Shown: positions 12,781 through 22,418 of the stretch, piece by piece | Layout: each line of letters starts with the position of its first letter | Position numbering within the stretch: the stretch's first letter is position 1 | Origin: Cladosporium halotolerans | Taxonomy: Eukaryota | Direction: 5' to 3' | Assembly (NCBI RefSeq): GCF_011745625.1 | Contig: NW_027191466.1 | Coordinates: forward strand, 248,001-312,000 | Length of the DNA: 64,000 bases | Program-made: the position numbers and the translations under genes | The notes under the pieces: model-generated | Databases searched by the model: none | What the model saw: only the letters and a program-made list of their open reading frames with translations | Told to the model about the DNA's origin: nothing

Positions 12781-14043
12781 CTACCTGGAAGCGAAGTTGA
12801 ATTGCTGCAGCGCAGCCGCCGCCATAGGGCAAGGATACTTGATCTCCGCACACTTCTGCACTGCCTCTGCGAGCTTCGCCCTAACCTCCTCGGCGTGCGA
12901 GCAATCAGCCAGCGACCAAGAGTCCTTAGCAAGCATGTCGGGAATGCACTTGGTGAACATGGCGTTCCAGCCCGCCGCCTTCGCGATAATCTCGTACATG
13001 GTCTTGGAGTCGACGCCCAGCTTCTTGCAGAAAGCCATGCCCTCCACGCTTGCGGCGAGGTGGATGCCGCACAGCAGATCCTTGACCGTCTCCTTGCTGA
13101 TCTGGAAATTCGAGTTGAGCTTGACGTCCGCCTCGGCGCACTTCGCCACGGCATCGCCCTTGTCCTTCGGCAAGAACATCTGCACCAGGCGCGCGTCGTC
13201 ATCGCGCAGGAAACCCGCCTGCACGCCGCGCAGGTACTCCTGCTCGGCGGTCGACGCGAGCGGCGTCGGAAAGCTCTCCTTGCGCGCGGCCTCGGTGACG
13301 ATGCCGGCGTCCTTGAGGATGATGCCGAGCGCGGAGAAGGGGTGCCAGTCGTTCTTGAGCATGTGAGGGGCGCGGTTCTCGAACATGAAGCTGGCGGCGT
13401 CGGAGGCGTTGACGTGCTCGACGACGGCGCGAGTGTTGAGGCCGACGGTCGCGGCGAGGCCCATGGCCTCGGACGCCGAGATGATGTTCGTCGCCGCCAG
13501 CAGCTGGTGGATCGTCTTGGTCTTGGTGCCGTTGCTGATCTCGCCCATGCGGTAGAGGTTGCCGGACATGCATTCGAGGACTTCCTTGGCGTTGTCGAGG
13601 TCTGCGTCGGGGCCCGAGGAGAAGATGGAGAGGGTTCCGTCGCCGGCGCGGATGGTGCCGCCGGAGACGGGGCAGTCGAGGAGCTTGATGTCGGGGCGCT
13701 GGGCGTCGTCGAGGCGTTTTCTCAGTTCGGGGAGGAAGGCGGGAGGGCAGGTCGAGCAGAGGATGAAGGTTGTGTTCTTGCCCATGCCGTGGATGAGGGC
13801 GTCGGGTCCGTCGAACAGGAGGCTTGCGTTCTGTGCTGCGTTGGCGACCATGGAGACGAAGAACTCGGCGTTTGCTGCTGCTTCTTTGGGAGACTTTGCG
13901 GCCTTGCCACCAGCTTCCACGAAGCTGTCTACTAGGGGCTGGAACACGTCGTATCCTGTGACTGGGAATCCGTTCTTGACGAGGTTCTTCGCCATGCCGC
14001 CGCCCATGGCTCCGAGGCCCGCGAAGCCAACGTTGGGTGCCAT
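12781..14043 (-). CDS. beta-hydroxyacid dehydrogenase (3-hydroxyisobutyrate DH / L-threonate DH LtnD-like) with duplicated C-terminal helical domain, 420 aa
   Basis: GFAGLGAMGGGMA, DCPVSGG, catalytic-Lys region TKTKTIHQLLAA, SFMFENRAPHML; second helical module LLCGIHLAASVEGMAF. Confidence 0.9.
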   Translation of the reverse strand: MAPNVGFAGLGAMGGGMAKNLVKNGFPVTGYDVFQPLVDSFVEAGGKAAKSPKEAAANAEFFVSMVANAAQNASLLFDGPDALIHGMGKNTTFILCSTCPPAFLPELRKRLDDAQRPDIKLLDCPVSGGTIRAGDGTLSIFSSGPDADLDNAKEVLECMSGNLYRMGEISNGTKTKTIHQLLAATNIISASEAMGLAATVGLNTRAVVEHVNASDAASFMFENRAPHMLKNDWHPFSALGIILKDAGIVTEAARKESFPTPLASTAEQEYLRGVQAGFLRDDDARLVQMFLPKDKGDAVAKCAEADVKLNSNFQISKETVKDLLCGIHLAASVEGMAFCKKLGVDSKTMYEIIAKAAGWNAMFTKCIPDMLAKDSWSLADCSHAEEVRAKLAEAVQKCAEIKYPCPMAAAALQQFNFASR

Positions 14044-14755
14044 ATCTGAGATTCCTGATTTGAAGGTAGCTGTTGGACGTTCGGCGATAGGCTCAATTAG
14101 TATCACTGCTAGCCGTCAATTTCTTGCAGATGGAAGTGGTTGAAATAGAGTAAGGTGGCCGAAAAATGATCAACGGCGATTCTGCTGAGGTTTGTGGTAC
14201 TTCACCATCAGGCTAAACATACGCCTGCCCACAGTTGCCGATGGAGTCCGTTGCCGTCACTCGGGCCCGGGCGACGTCGGAGGAATGTCACGACGGTCGA
14301 ATGTCACGCCAGCTCTCCGCTTTCGAGCTGGTCCCTTGTGGAGCGCTGGACGTCTCGTCGCTGTTGCATCACGAGGTACCGGTGGGAAAGCCGAGGTGAC
14401 ATGGCAAAAGGATTCGACGGACGCAGAAGCAAACGCCGAGGCGATCGAGCATTGTGTTATATGGCAAAGGAGACGGGTGCACAAAGACGCCTAGACGTCG
14501 AAGGCCGCAACGTGCCTGGCTCATGCTTCGGCGTCAGCTGAGCCGAGAATACCGACACATCCCACCATTGACCCCGCCTCCACTTGGCTGAGGGGCAGAC
14601 GTGGTGGGTGTTCGACGATCGGCCAACTGTGCCTGGAAAATATGTCAAAGGTCTCAACGATACGAAGCTAGACGACCCCCATTCAGCAGCACTAAAAGCT
14701 TCTGCAAACCCTCCAACCTCACCAAAGAATACCACTTCCTGCGAAACAACCAAAA

Positions 14756-15115
14756 ATGTCCCCCACCCAACCCCTCCGCCTCGCGCAAATCGTCCGCCTT
14801 CGCCGAGACTCCCTGCAAGCCTACAAAGACTGCCACGCGACCGTGTGGCCCGCGGTCCTCCAGCAGATCAAAGACTGTCACATCGCGGACTACTCGATCT
14901 TCCTGGACGAGGCGAGCATGACGCTGTACGCGACGATGAAATACACGGGCGAGGACTTCGAGGCCGACATGGCGGCGATGCGGGCGAACACGGAGGTGCA
15001 GCGGTGGTGGAAGATGACGGACGGGATGCAGGAGTCGTTTGTGGAGGGGAGCAGCGGGAGCATGGATCCGAACGGGTGGTGGAGGCCGTTGGAGGAAGTG
15101 TTTAGGGTTGAGTGA
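14756..15115 (+). CDS. L-rhamnose mutarotase-like protein (DUF718/RhaM family), 119 aa
   Basis: AYKDCHATVWP, IKDCHIADYSIF, QRWWKMTDGMQ, WWRPLEEVF are typical of RhaM/YiiL-family proteins. Confidence 0.88.
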   Translation: MSPTQPLRLAQIVRLRRDSLQAYKDCHATVWPAVLQQIKDCHIADYSIFLDEASMTLYATMKYTGEDFEADMAAMRANTEVQRWWKMTDGMQESFVEGSSGSMDPNGWWRPLEEVFRVE

Positions 15116-15211
15116 AGGAGTGAAAAGGGAAGACGGTTGTATTAGAGAAATGCCTAGGCTATGAGAGAGGTTCTTGACGCGTGAGATCTGTTTCGTTCGT
15201 GCTTGCTCTTT

Positions 15212-16397
15212 CTACTGTCGCCATGCGATAACGTCGACGGGCGTGTCCCAGAGCTTCAGCGCCTGCTCGCGCTCGAGCGTCTCGCCGCTGGTGGGTGGGA
15301 GACGCCAGATTGTGATTCCAACGCCGCTCATCTTCAGACTCGTCACGAGCGGGCCGAGAGTCGCTCTCTTGACTGTAAATCCACGCTTCTTCAGCTCCAC
15401 AGTTGCCAGTTCGGCGAATCGTGCCAGGACTTCGTCTGATGTGCTTCCGAGCGAGTTCAGCAGGAGGACCACCTCGTTGTCGGTCGTCGGGTTGGTGGAT
15501 CTCGAGAACGGAACGAAAGCCCTGTCACTATCTGAAACATCGAGCAGCAGGTCGAGCATCTGCGATGTGAGGGCCTCAGGAGTCGGAATCGGAGAAATCT
15601 GCCTCAGACCAGGCTCGCCATGCGCGCCCATTCCAAGCTCAATCGTAGCAGGCGGCAGCACCTGAAGGTCTGTCAATGTAGCATTGGGCAGAGCGACCCT
15701 GCGACATCAATCAGCAACCGCGCCATCTTTACCCTTGCGTAGAAGTCACTCACCGATCAAAAGCAACCCCAATCGTCCCCACATTCGCACAAACATACTC
15801 CATCACCTCCGCGACCCTCTCCAGCCCCTCCCCGGCCGCCGCAAGCGCACAAGCGCTCTTCAAGGCAACCAAATGCCCGCTAAGGCCCCTCCTCCCCACC
15901 TTCCCGCCCTTCTTCCTCCCCACCGCCACATCGTCGCCCACCGGCTTGAAATGCACCTTGTACCCGGCCGCCTGCGCGCGCGTGATCGCCAGCCCCGCAT
16001 TGAGGATGTCGCCCGTGTAGTTGCCGCAGACGACGAGCGTGCCCTTGCTGCGCTGCCCGCCGTGCGGCTGGCAGAGCTTGATGGCGTGGAAGATCTGGGC
16101 GGCGGTCGGGGACGCGAAGACGTTGCCGGAGACGTAGGCGGAGAGGTAGTTGGCGCCGACGAAGCCGCCGAACATGGGCTCGTGGCCGCCGCCGGCGAAG
16201 CCGATGGTCGTGACGTGGTCTTGCGCGAAGGTGGAGAGGTCGCTGCGGTAGATGGTTTTGAACTCGGTGTTGTAGGTTAGGTTGGGGTTGAGGTGGGTTA
16301 GGCCGGTGAGGGCGTCGTTGATGGCGTCGGAGGGGGAGTTGATGAAGTGGAAGGTTTCTTTGGCTGGAGGAGCTTTGGTTTGGGTTGCGGTGGCCAT
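15212..16397 (-). CDS. Stand-alone dihydroxyacetone-kinase K (Dak1) domain protein lacking DhaL/Dak2, 376 aa; exons 16397-15754, 15698-15212
   Basis: GGGHEP, GNVFASP, NYTGD, VGDDVAVGRKKGGKVGRRGLSG, ELGMGAHGEPG, LLNSLGS, TSLKMSGVGIT; one GTGAGT..CAG intron; stop right after the domain end. Confidence 0.9.
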
Positions 16398-17082
16398 GGT
16401 GGCGGTTTGGGGTTGGGGTGTGAGGTTGGCAATGGATTATGAAGCTGATTGAGAAAGCAATGGCAGTAGTAATCAAAAGGACAGTCGAAGGAGAAGCAGT
16501 GCTCAGAGCCTGAAGGAAAAGAGGAACAAAAGAGATATACCTACCTTACCGACCTCGAACCTTGGCCCTGTTGACGGCCTACTACAAACAGTGATGCGCG
16601 TGCTGCGGGGTATCCGGACGCGCTCTGCTGGATGGATGTCCGGAAGACGAGCTTCGTAGGCCGACAGCCAGCAGTGAAAGGCGAAAGAGGGTCTGGAAGA
16701 GGTGTGGAGACGTAGATCGCGATTCCCAAAGAGGAAATCCGATGGCACCGCGTCGCGAGAACCATCGGCTTGCGCTGGCGACGCACGTGAGGCTGCATCA
16801 ATCGTCCTATGAATAGTCCTTAGGACTTGTCTAGACCATATTCTGCGCCAAGGGCCGTAGTCGTCGTGGTCATTATCAGCTGGTGCTCTGCATAGGTTGT
16901 ACTTGAAAATGCATTTTCATTGCGAACTTTTGGGCAGTTGACCTGCATGCGAAAAACATTGACGCGCTTGCGCAGCAAAATCTGAACAAAATCAAAATGC
17001 TACTGCGGATATCAAGCTCGCTCAAATGACAAAAACCAGCCACCGCCTGAGAACAAAATCGTGAAACGTCCCCCGACACCCC

Positions 17083-19094
17083 TCACGACTTGCTCTCCTC
17101 CTGCTTCCCGTGGATCCGCTCCCACTCAGCCGCATCAGCAGCATCATCGAGCTCGTTAGCCGTAAGCTCCGGTGTCTCCTCATCCTCGATCTCCTCAGGA
17201 AGGATCAGATTGAGGATCAAGGACACGAAAGCAGTGACGGCGAAACCCGTCTCAAGCACGAGCTCGATGGCGTTGAAAAAACCGGTCAAGCCGCCGTTGT
17301 TGCCGGAGTAAGTGAAGACGTAGCTGTGTGATGTCAGTGAGTCTGAGCCCTCTAGCTGTGTCAGTGGAGATGCTGGTCAACGAACCTAAACCAAGTCGGC
17401 ACCATCGTAGCGCCAAAGCCCAACGCCAGCGCCGCCGTGAGCACGAACCGATTGCGCCTCGTAAACGGCATCGTCGCAATGATCCTAATTCCCGACGCGA
17501 CGACCGCGGCAAACAAGAAAGTCGTCATGCCGCCCAGCACAGCCGACGGGATCGCGACGAGCGCCGCGGCGAACTTCGCGAAAATCCCCATGACCAGCAG
17601 CCAGAAGCAGGCGGCGTAGCCGGCCTTGCGGTTGGCGCAGCGCGTAAGTGCGATCACGCCGTTGTTCTGCGCGAAGACGGACATGGGCGTGATGGTGCAG
17701 AGGCCCGCGATGAAGCCGCCGATGCCGTCGGCCAGCACGCCGCCTTGGATGCGGGAGTCGAAGAGGGGGCCGTCGACTTGGAGGCGGGAGACGTCGCAGG
17801 TGGCGGTTACGTCGCCGATGCTGTGAATGGGATGTTAGTATGGTGGGCTGTGTAGGATGGCTTGGGGTGGGCTCTGGGGATGGTCGGATTCCATGATCTC
17901 TGTCATCGACAAAGCGGACGGACGGTGTGAACGGGCAAATTGACATACTATCACGCAGTTAGCATCTTTCCAAGCCTCGAAGACATTCAGAAGAGTACTC
18001 ACCCATTCCATAGCAAGCACGATATAAACCGCTAACAACGGCAACACCAGCGGCCCATACAGACTCAGCGGGAACGTATGCACCCAGATGAAACTCGCGA
18101 CGGGCGCCGCATCAATCCCCGAACGATCGAAATACCCACACGCCGCGGCAACGATACAACCAACAAGCAGACCTACAACAACAGCCGTGCTCTTCATGAT
18201 CGGCGAGCCGAAGCGCTCGCACAGGATGATCGTGACGAAGACGAGGAAGCCGAGCCCGATGAACTCCGCGCTTCCCCAGGGCAGGGGCCGGGGAGCGTTG
18301 ATGTTGGGGCAGAGGGCGAAGAGGCCGCTCTCAGGTCTGCCTTTGCAGTCGTTCGAGCCGCCGGCCCAGTTCGCGAAGCCGGTTCCGATGAGCTTGACGC
18401 CGATGAGGAGGACGGTGGGGCCCGTGACGAGGGGAGGGAAGATGCGCTTGAGGAGCTTGGGCGGGGTGAACGACATGAGGATTTCGAGCAAGGCGCAGAT
18501 GCATTGAGTGCCGAGGATGGCGCCGTAGCCCTTGGGGCAGGGCAGGGCGTCGCCGTTGGCGTCAGACGGGCAATAGCCGTTGGCGTACATTTGGCCAAGG
18601 GCGCCGGTGGCGACGGGAATGGTGGCGAAGGAGGTGCCGACGACGGAGATCAGGCCAGTGCCTAGATAGTAAGGCGTGCGGTAGATGTGCAGGCGAGTGA
18701 TTTGCACGATGGAGAGGATGGCGCTGACGATGAGGGAGGTGCTGACTAGGTAGGCCTGCATTTCGCCGGTGAGGTTGGCGGCGGAAGAGAGGATGATTGG
18801 AGGCGTGATTATGCCTGCCAGCATTGCAAGGGAGTGCTGGAATCCCAAGAGAAGGGCGAGGAGTACGGGCATACTTTGGTGGAGTCCAAAGAATGGCGCT
18901 GCCCGGCGTTCCTTCTTGATGAATGGAAGGTTGGGCTTGAAGAGGAACGCATAGTCGTAGTTTCCAATGAGGCCATCCTTTGTGGTGAACTTCCGTACTC
19001 CGAGGCGAAGTTTGTCACCAAAAGATAACTTTGGTGTGGTGTCCGGTCCTATGCGATCCGGAGAGTCGTCTTTGACGTCGTGCGTGGAAGACAT
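17083..19094 (-). CDS. Uric acid/xanthine permease (NAT/NCS2 family, UapA/UapC-like), 588 aa; exons 19094-18004, 17820-17386, 17323-17083
   Basis: LGFQHSLAMLAG, VVGTSF, MECIGDVTATCDVS, NAT signature SVFAQNNGVIALTRCANR; the first intervening sequence is a stwintron (see findings). Confidence 0.95.
17821..18003 (-). other. [D1,2] spliceosomal twin intron (stwintron): internal intron 18002-17948 (55 nt) inside the donor of a 128-nt external intron
   Basis: Minus strand reads ATG GAA TG | G [GTGAGT...GCTAAC tgcgtga TAG] TATGT...TACTAAC atcccattca CAG | C ATC GGC GAC; two-step excision restores M-E-C-I-G-D. Confidence 0.88.
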
Positions 19095-19518
19095 GGTTCC
19101 AATATTGTTCAAGCGGTAATTCAAGTGCTTTCAGGTAGTCCAATGGCGGATGTTCAATGTTGCAAACAAATCTCCAATGTCGGCCTCTAGTTAAAGACCA
19201 GGTCCACTCTCCAATCGTGAGGCTGGTTGTATTGCCACCGCATGCGAAATCGCTTCAGAAGCAGATGCTACGAGCGCACCAGCAAAATAGCACACGAAGC
19301 GATGTTGACAATGAAAAGCCTGCCCCGGTGACTCGCTTTTTGCAAGGTGGTCAGCGGAAATGGTTCAGATGCCCTGAGGTTGACGCGAGGATCGACGCTG
19401 GGTATGGCGAGGCCAATGCTGCGTTCGAGCCCTGGTCGGGATGTGTAGCGAGGAGAATCCTGGTAACAATTTTGAAGTCGCGTGAGAAGGCGGGCAAGGC
19501 CAGAAATATAGCAGCGAG

Positions 19519-20130
19519 AGATAGAAAGCTTCTTGATCGCGTGCAGAAGAAGTCTGGGACCGAGATCAACGGCGACGGCCTGATATCATTATATAGAAAA
19601 GCAAAACCACACCTCGCCACGCGAGAAAACGACATCTACCCCGCGAGAGCAGATCAGATCAATCTAGAGTTTGTCCCCTCGCCTACTTGCAGACGTCCAT
19701 ATCTGGAGTGCAGACAGCGATATCTCCAGGTCGCTGGCAGGAGTTCGCCGACGCAGCGATGGGCCAGCGATAACGGGGCTCGGCGCATCCAGTCGGAAGG
19801 CGTAGCGGGCAGAGATAAAGCGACTGGACTCGAGGTGACTGGAGGTGGAGAGGGCTCGATCGACGCCCGGAGCGGGCGGCAGTTGTGAGGGTGCGGGAGG
19901 GACTGTGCGCCGAGCCCGGGAGGCTTGTGCTGATAAGTACGCAATGTGTTAGGGCTCAGGCGCCGCTCGGCTATCAATGCTGTTTGACAGGAGGGTGTTA
20001 GTCGTGGGATCTAGATGCGTTTGCTTCTTGTGTGCCGGGCCAGACGTCCCTGTTGCATTTGCATGTGAGCCTCATGTTCCGTTATCCGGAAAGGGTGGGT
20101 TGAACCTCACGTGCGTGTTGCGACTGATAG
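19519..20130. promoter_or_regulatory. Cluster of HGATAR (GATA-factor/AreA-type) sites upstream of the purine permease
   Basis: AGATAG 19519, CGATAA 19768, AGATAA 19813, TGATAA 19931, CTATCA 19971, TGATAG 20125; TATATAA-like element on the minus strand near 19590. Confidence 0.5.
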
Positions 20131-20655
20131 TGCATTTCAGGTGATGATATTAGAAAGCAAGGTCATGGCCGATCGAATTATGAATATCTCTTATTTCGTA
20201 CGGAGCTTTGATGTGATACGATTCATTCGTAAGTCCAATTCTTTTAAGCCCTCTCATGAACTTTGGGACGTGATCGAAACACCTACTGACAGTTGAGCTT
20301 AAAAATCATGGTTGTGACCAAACGCAACGGCGCTGCGAATCGATACAATACCACTAGGGTGATTCCAAAGCGATTCTGACAGAAGAACGAAAATGAGGTC
20401 AAAATATGTTCGTATCGATACCTAATCATCAACAAATAACGTTTCAACCATGCAAGCCATGCAATGGACGACCCGATTCGCTGCACTCAACAAAAGAGAT
20501 TAGCAAAAAGGAAGAAATAATGTCCGGTCCCGAAATTAGGCCTCAAAGACGCCGTCGCTGTCGTGTCGAATGGAAGCAAAGAGAAGAAGCAGCCCTGGTC
20601 CCTGGAACGATCCTCGGGCACGTCACCTGCCAACGAAACCATGCCCCGTCTTTTT

Positions 20656-20690
20656 CCAATCCCAATCCCAATCCCAATCCCAACCCAACC
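20656..20690. repeat. (CCCAAT)n microsatellite
   Basis: ccaatcccaatcccaatcccaatcccaacccaacc. Confidence 0.8.
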
Positions 20691-20775
20691 AGACCTTCAA
20701 TCTTGCAAGTATGCACTCTCCCCTAACCCACCCAATCCAACCCCACCACCGCCCAGAACCAAAAACTCCCTCAAC

Positions 20776-21380
20776 CTAACTCCCCACACCTCCCAACCCC
20801 CTCTCCCTAACCATCCTCAAGTGCTGCATCTGCGGGCCCTGCGGCGTGGGCAGTTGGCCGAAAGCCTGCAGGGCGCGCTCGGCGGCGTCCTCGCGCGCGT
20901 TGTTGACGTACTGCCCGTCGTACCAGAAGCGCGCCTGGATCGTCTGCGCGCCGACCGTCACGGTGCAGGACCAGGCTGTGCGGCCGCCTTGTTGTTGTTA
21001 GATGGGTTGGGAGGGGGGGAATGATTGGAGGAGGGGGCTCGAGACGTACCGCGGCGGTCGGAGATGATTTGGTAGTTTGGAGCGAGGGGGGTGCGGGGGG
21101 AGAGTTGGCGGCAGTAGGCTGGGAGGGAGGGATTGTTAGTTTGGGTTGGCTTGGGTGGTATGGAAAGAGGAGGAGGAGGAGGTTGGAGGAGTTCGAGCTT
21201 CTTCCGATCCTGCTTAGGGAACACGTGGGGTTTCTTCCGAGAGGAACTCAAGAAGGGAAGGACATGAACGAGAAAGGAGAGGAGAAAGCAAAACGTACTA
21301 GTCAGCCTATCCTGATACAGCGACTGGCCCTGCTGCGAGCCCGTGGAAGCGGAGCCGGAAGAAGCGGCGGGCGACGACAT
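20776..21380 (-). CDS. Small fungal protein with a double-stranded-RNA-binding-motif-like fold, ~120 aa; exons 21380-21299, 21118-21050, 20987-20776
   Basis: Spliced product ...YQDRLTTYCRQ...PNYQIISDRRGGRTAWSCTVTV...ARFWYDGQYVNNAREDAAERALQ fits an alpha-beta-beta-beta-alpha dsRBD-like pattern; GTACGT donors and CTAAC branch sites; exact C-terminus uncertain. Confidence 0.8.
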
Positions 21381-22371
21381 TCTGTTGTTCTGTCGTCGGG
21401 AGGGGAAGGTCGAGAGGAAGAGGCGGGCGCGAGTTAAGGTCCGGTCCGGGCCCTGAGGATAGTGCGGTGCGTGGGAGGGAGGGAGGGAAGGATTCGGGGT
21501 CGGGAAGGAGGGTTGGCGCGGGCACCTGGGGCTACGGTACCGTAGCTAGGCCGCGTGACTGGAGAGTGGTGTGCAGAGCAGAGTGGTGATCTGCGAGCGG
21601 GCGGAGTCTTTCTTGGGGCTAGAGATGCCGCGAGCAGGTGGAGACGCGGTAGCGTTGGCGAGACGGGGAGACGCTATGTCGTGCAGGGCCGAGGGAGGCG
21701 AGACGATATGTGTGGAGTTCGGAGAGGGTGGAGAGAGAGGGGAGGGGCTGCTTTCGACGAATGGGACAAGAGGTGGTGTTTTTACTGTCCAAGAAGGAAA
21801 AAAGTTCAGCCGCAAAGGAAGAAGGCAGCGGTGGAACGAGCAGTACAGGGCAGTATCAGATGGGCGGTGCAGGAGGAGGGCGAGGAGAGACTGTGTTGCT
21901 TAGCTCAAGGTTGCCTTGCCCTTCGCCGGCGCTGCGTTCTTATAAACCCCGGCGTTTTGCATGGACGGGGGTGGGCAGAAGGGGGACTACGGAGGGTCGG
22001 TGGTTCGTTTGCTTGCAGCGTCGCGCTCGCGTCGCCCACACGTTACCCGTCGACTTCGCTGTTCGTCCTGCCCAACTCGCCACGTCAACGGCAGACGGCA
22101 GAGTGCCTGCCGGCACGTCAGCTGGCCGCTGGGGTGTCGCGGTGCCGGGCGAGTACATGGCATGATGCAGTCGGCCACTTCGCGATGGCAAGCGCAAGCA
22201 GGAACAAGAAGACCGGCCGGACGGTGCCGAGACGATGGGTCAGGAAGGTTTTGGGGGACCGGCGAGGGAGGGTGGAGGGTGTGTGCTGTGCTGTGCTGGC
22301 CGCGGCCGGCGGGGTGTGCTGGGCTGGCGCTGGCGCTGGCGCTGGAAGTGGGCAAGGCAGGGCAGGGCAGA

Positions 22372-22380
22372 GCATGGGCG

Positions 22381-22418
<38 letters not shown>
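22372..22418. repeat. (GGCATG)n microsatellite; neighbouring (GGCGCT)n near 22325, (GGCAGT)4 at 22701-22724 and (GAGCGT)n at 23143-23170
   Basis: Hexanucleotide runs read directly. Confidence 0.85.

Noticed and set aside
14535..14560. CTGAG...AATACC resembling part of a TPP riboswitch
   Set aside because: The downstream conserved CTTGAT/GATAATRCCAGCG core is absent and the neighbouring genes are not thiamine-related.
17324..17385. Duplicated branch/acceptor (ACTGACACAG and ACTGACATCACACAG) in the last permease intron
   Set aside because: The proximal acceptor would give an intron of only ~30 nt and break the frame; the distal one restores WFSYVF.
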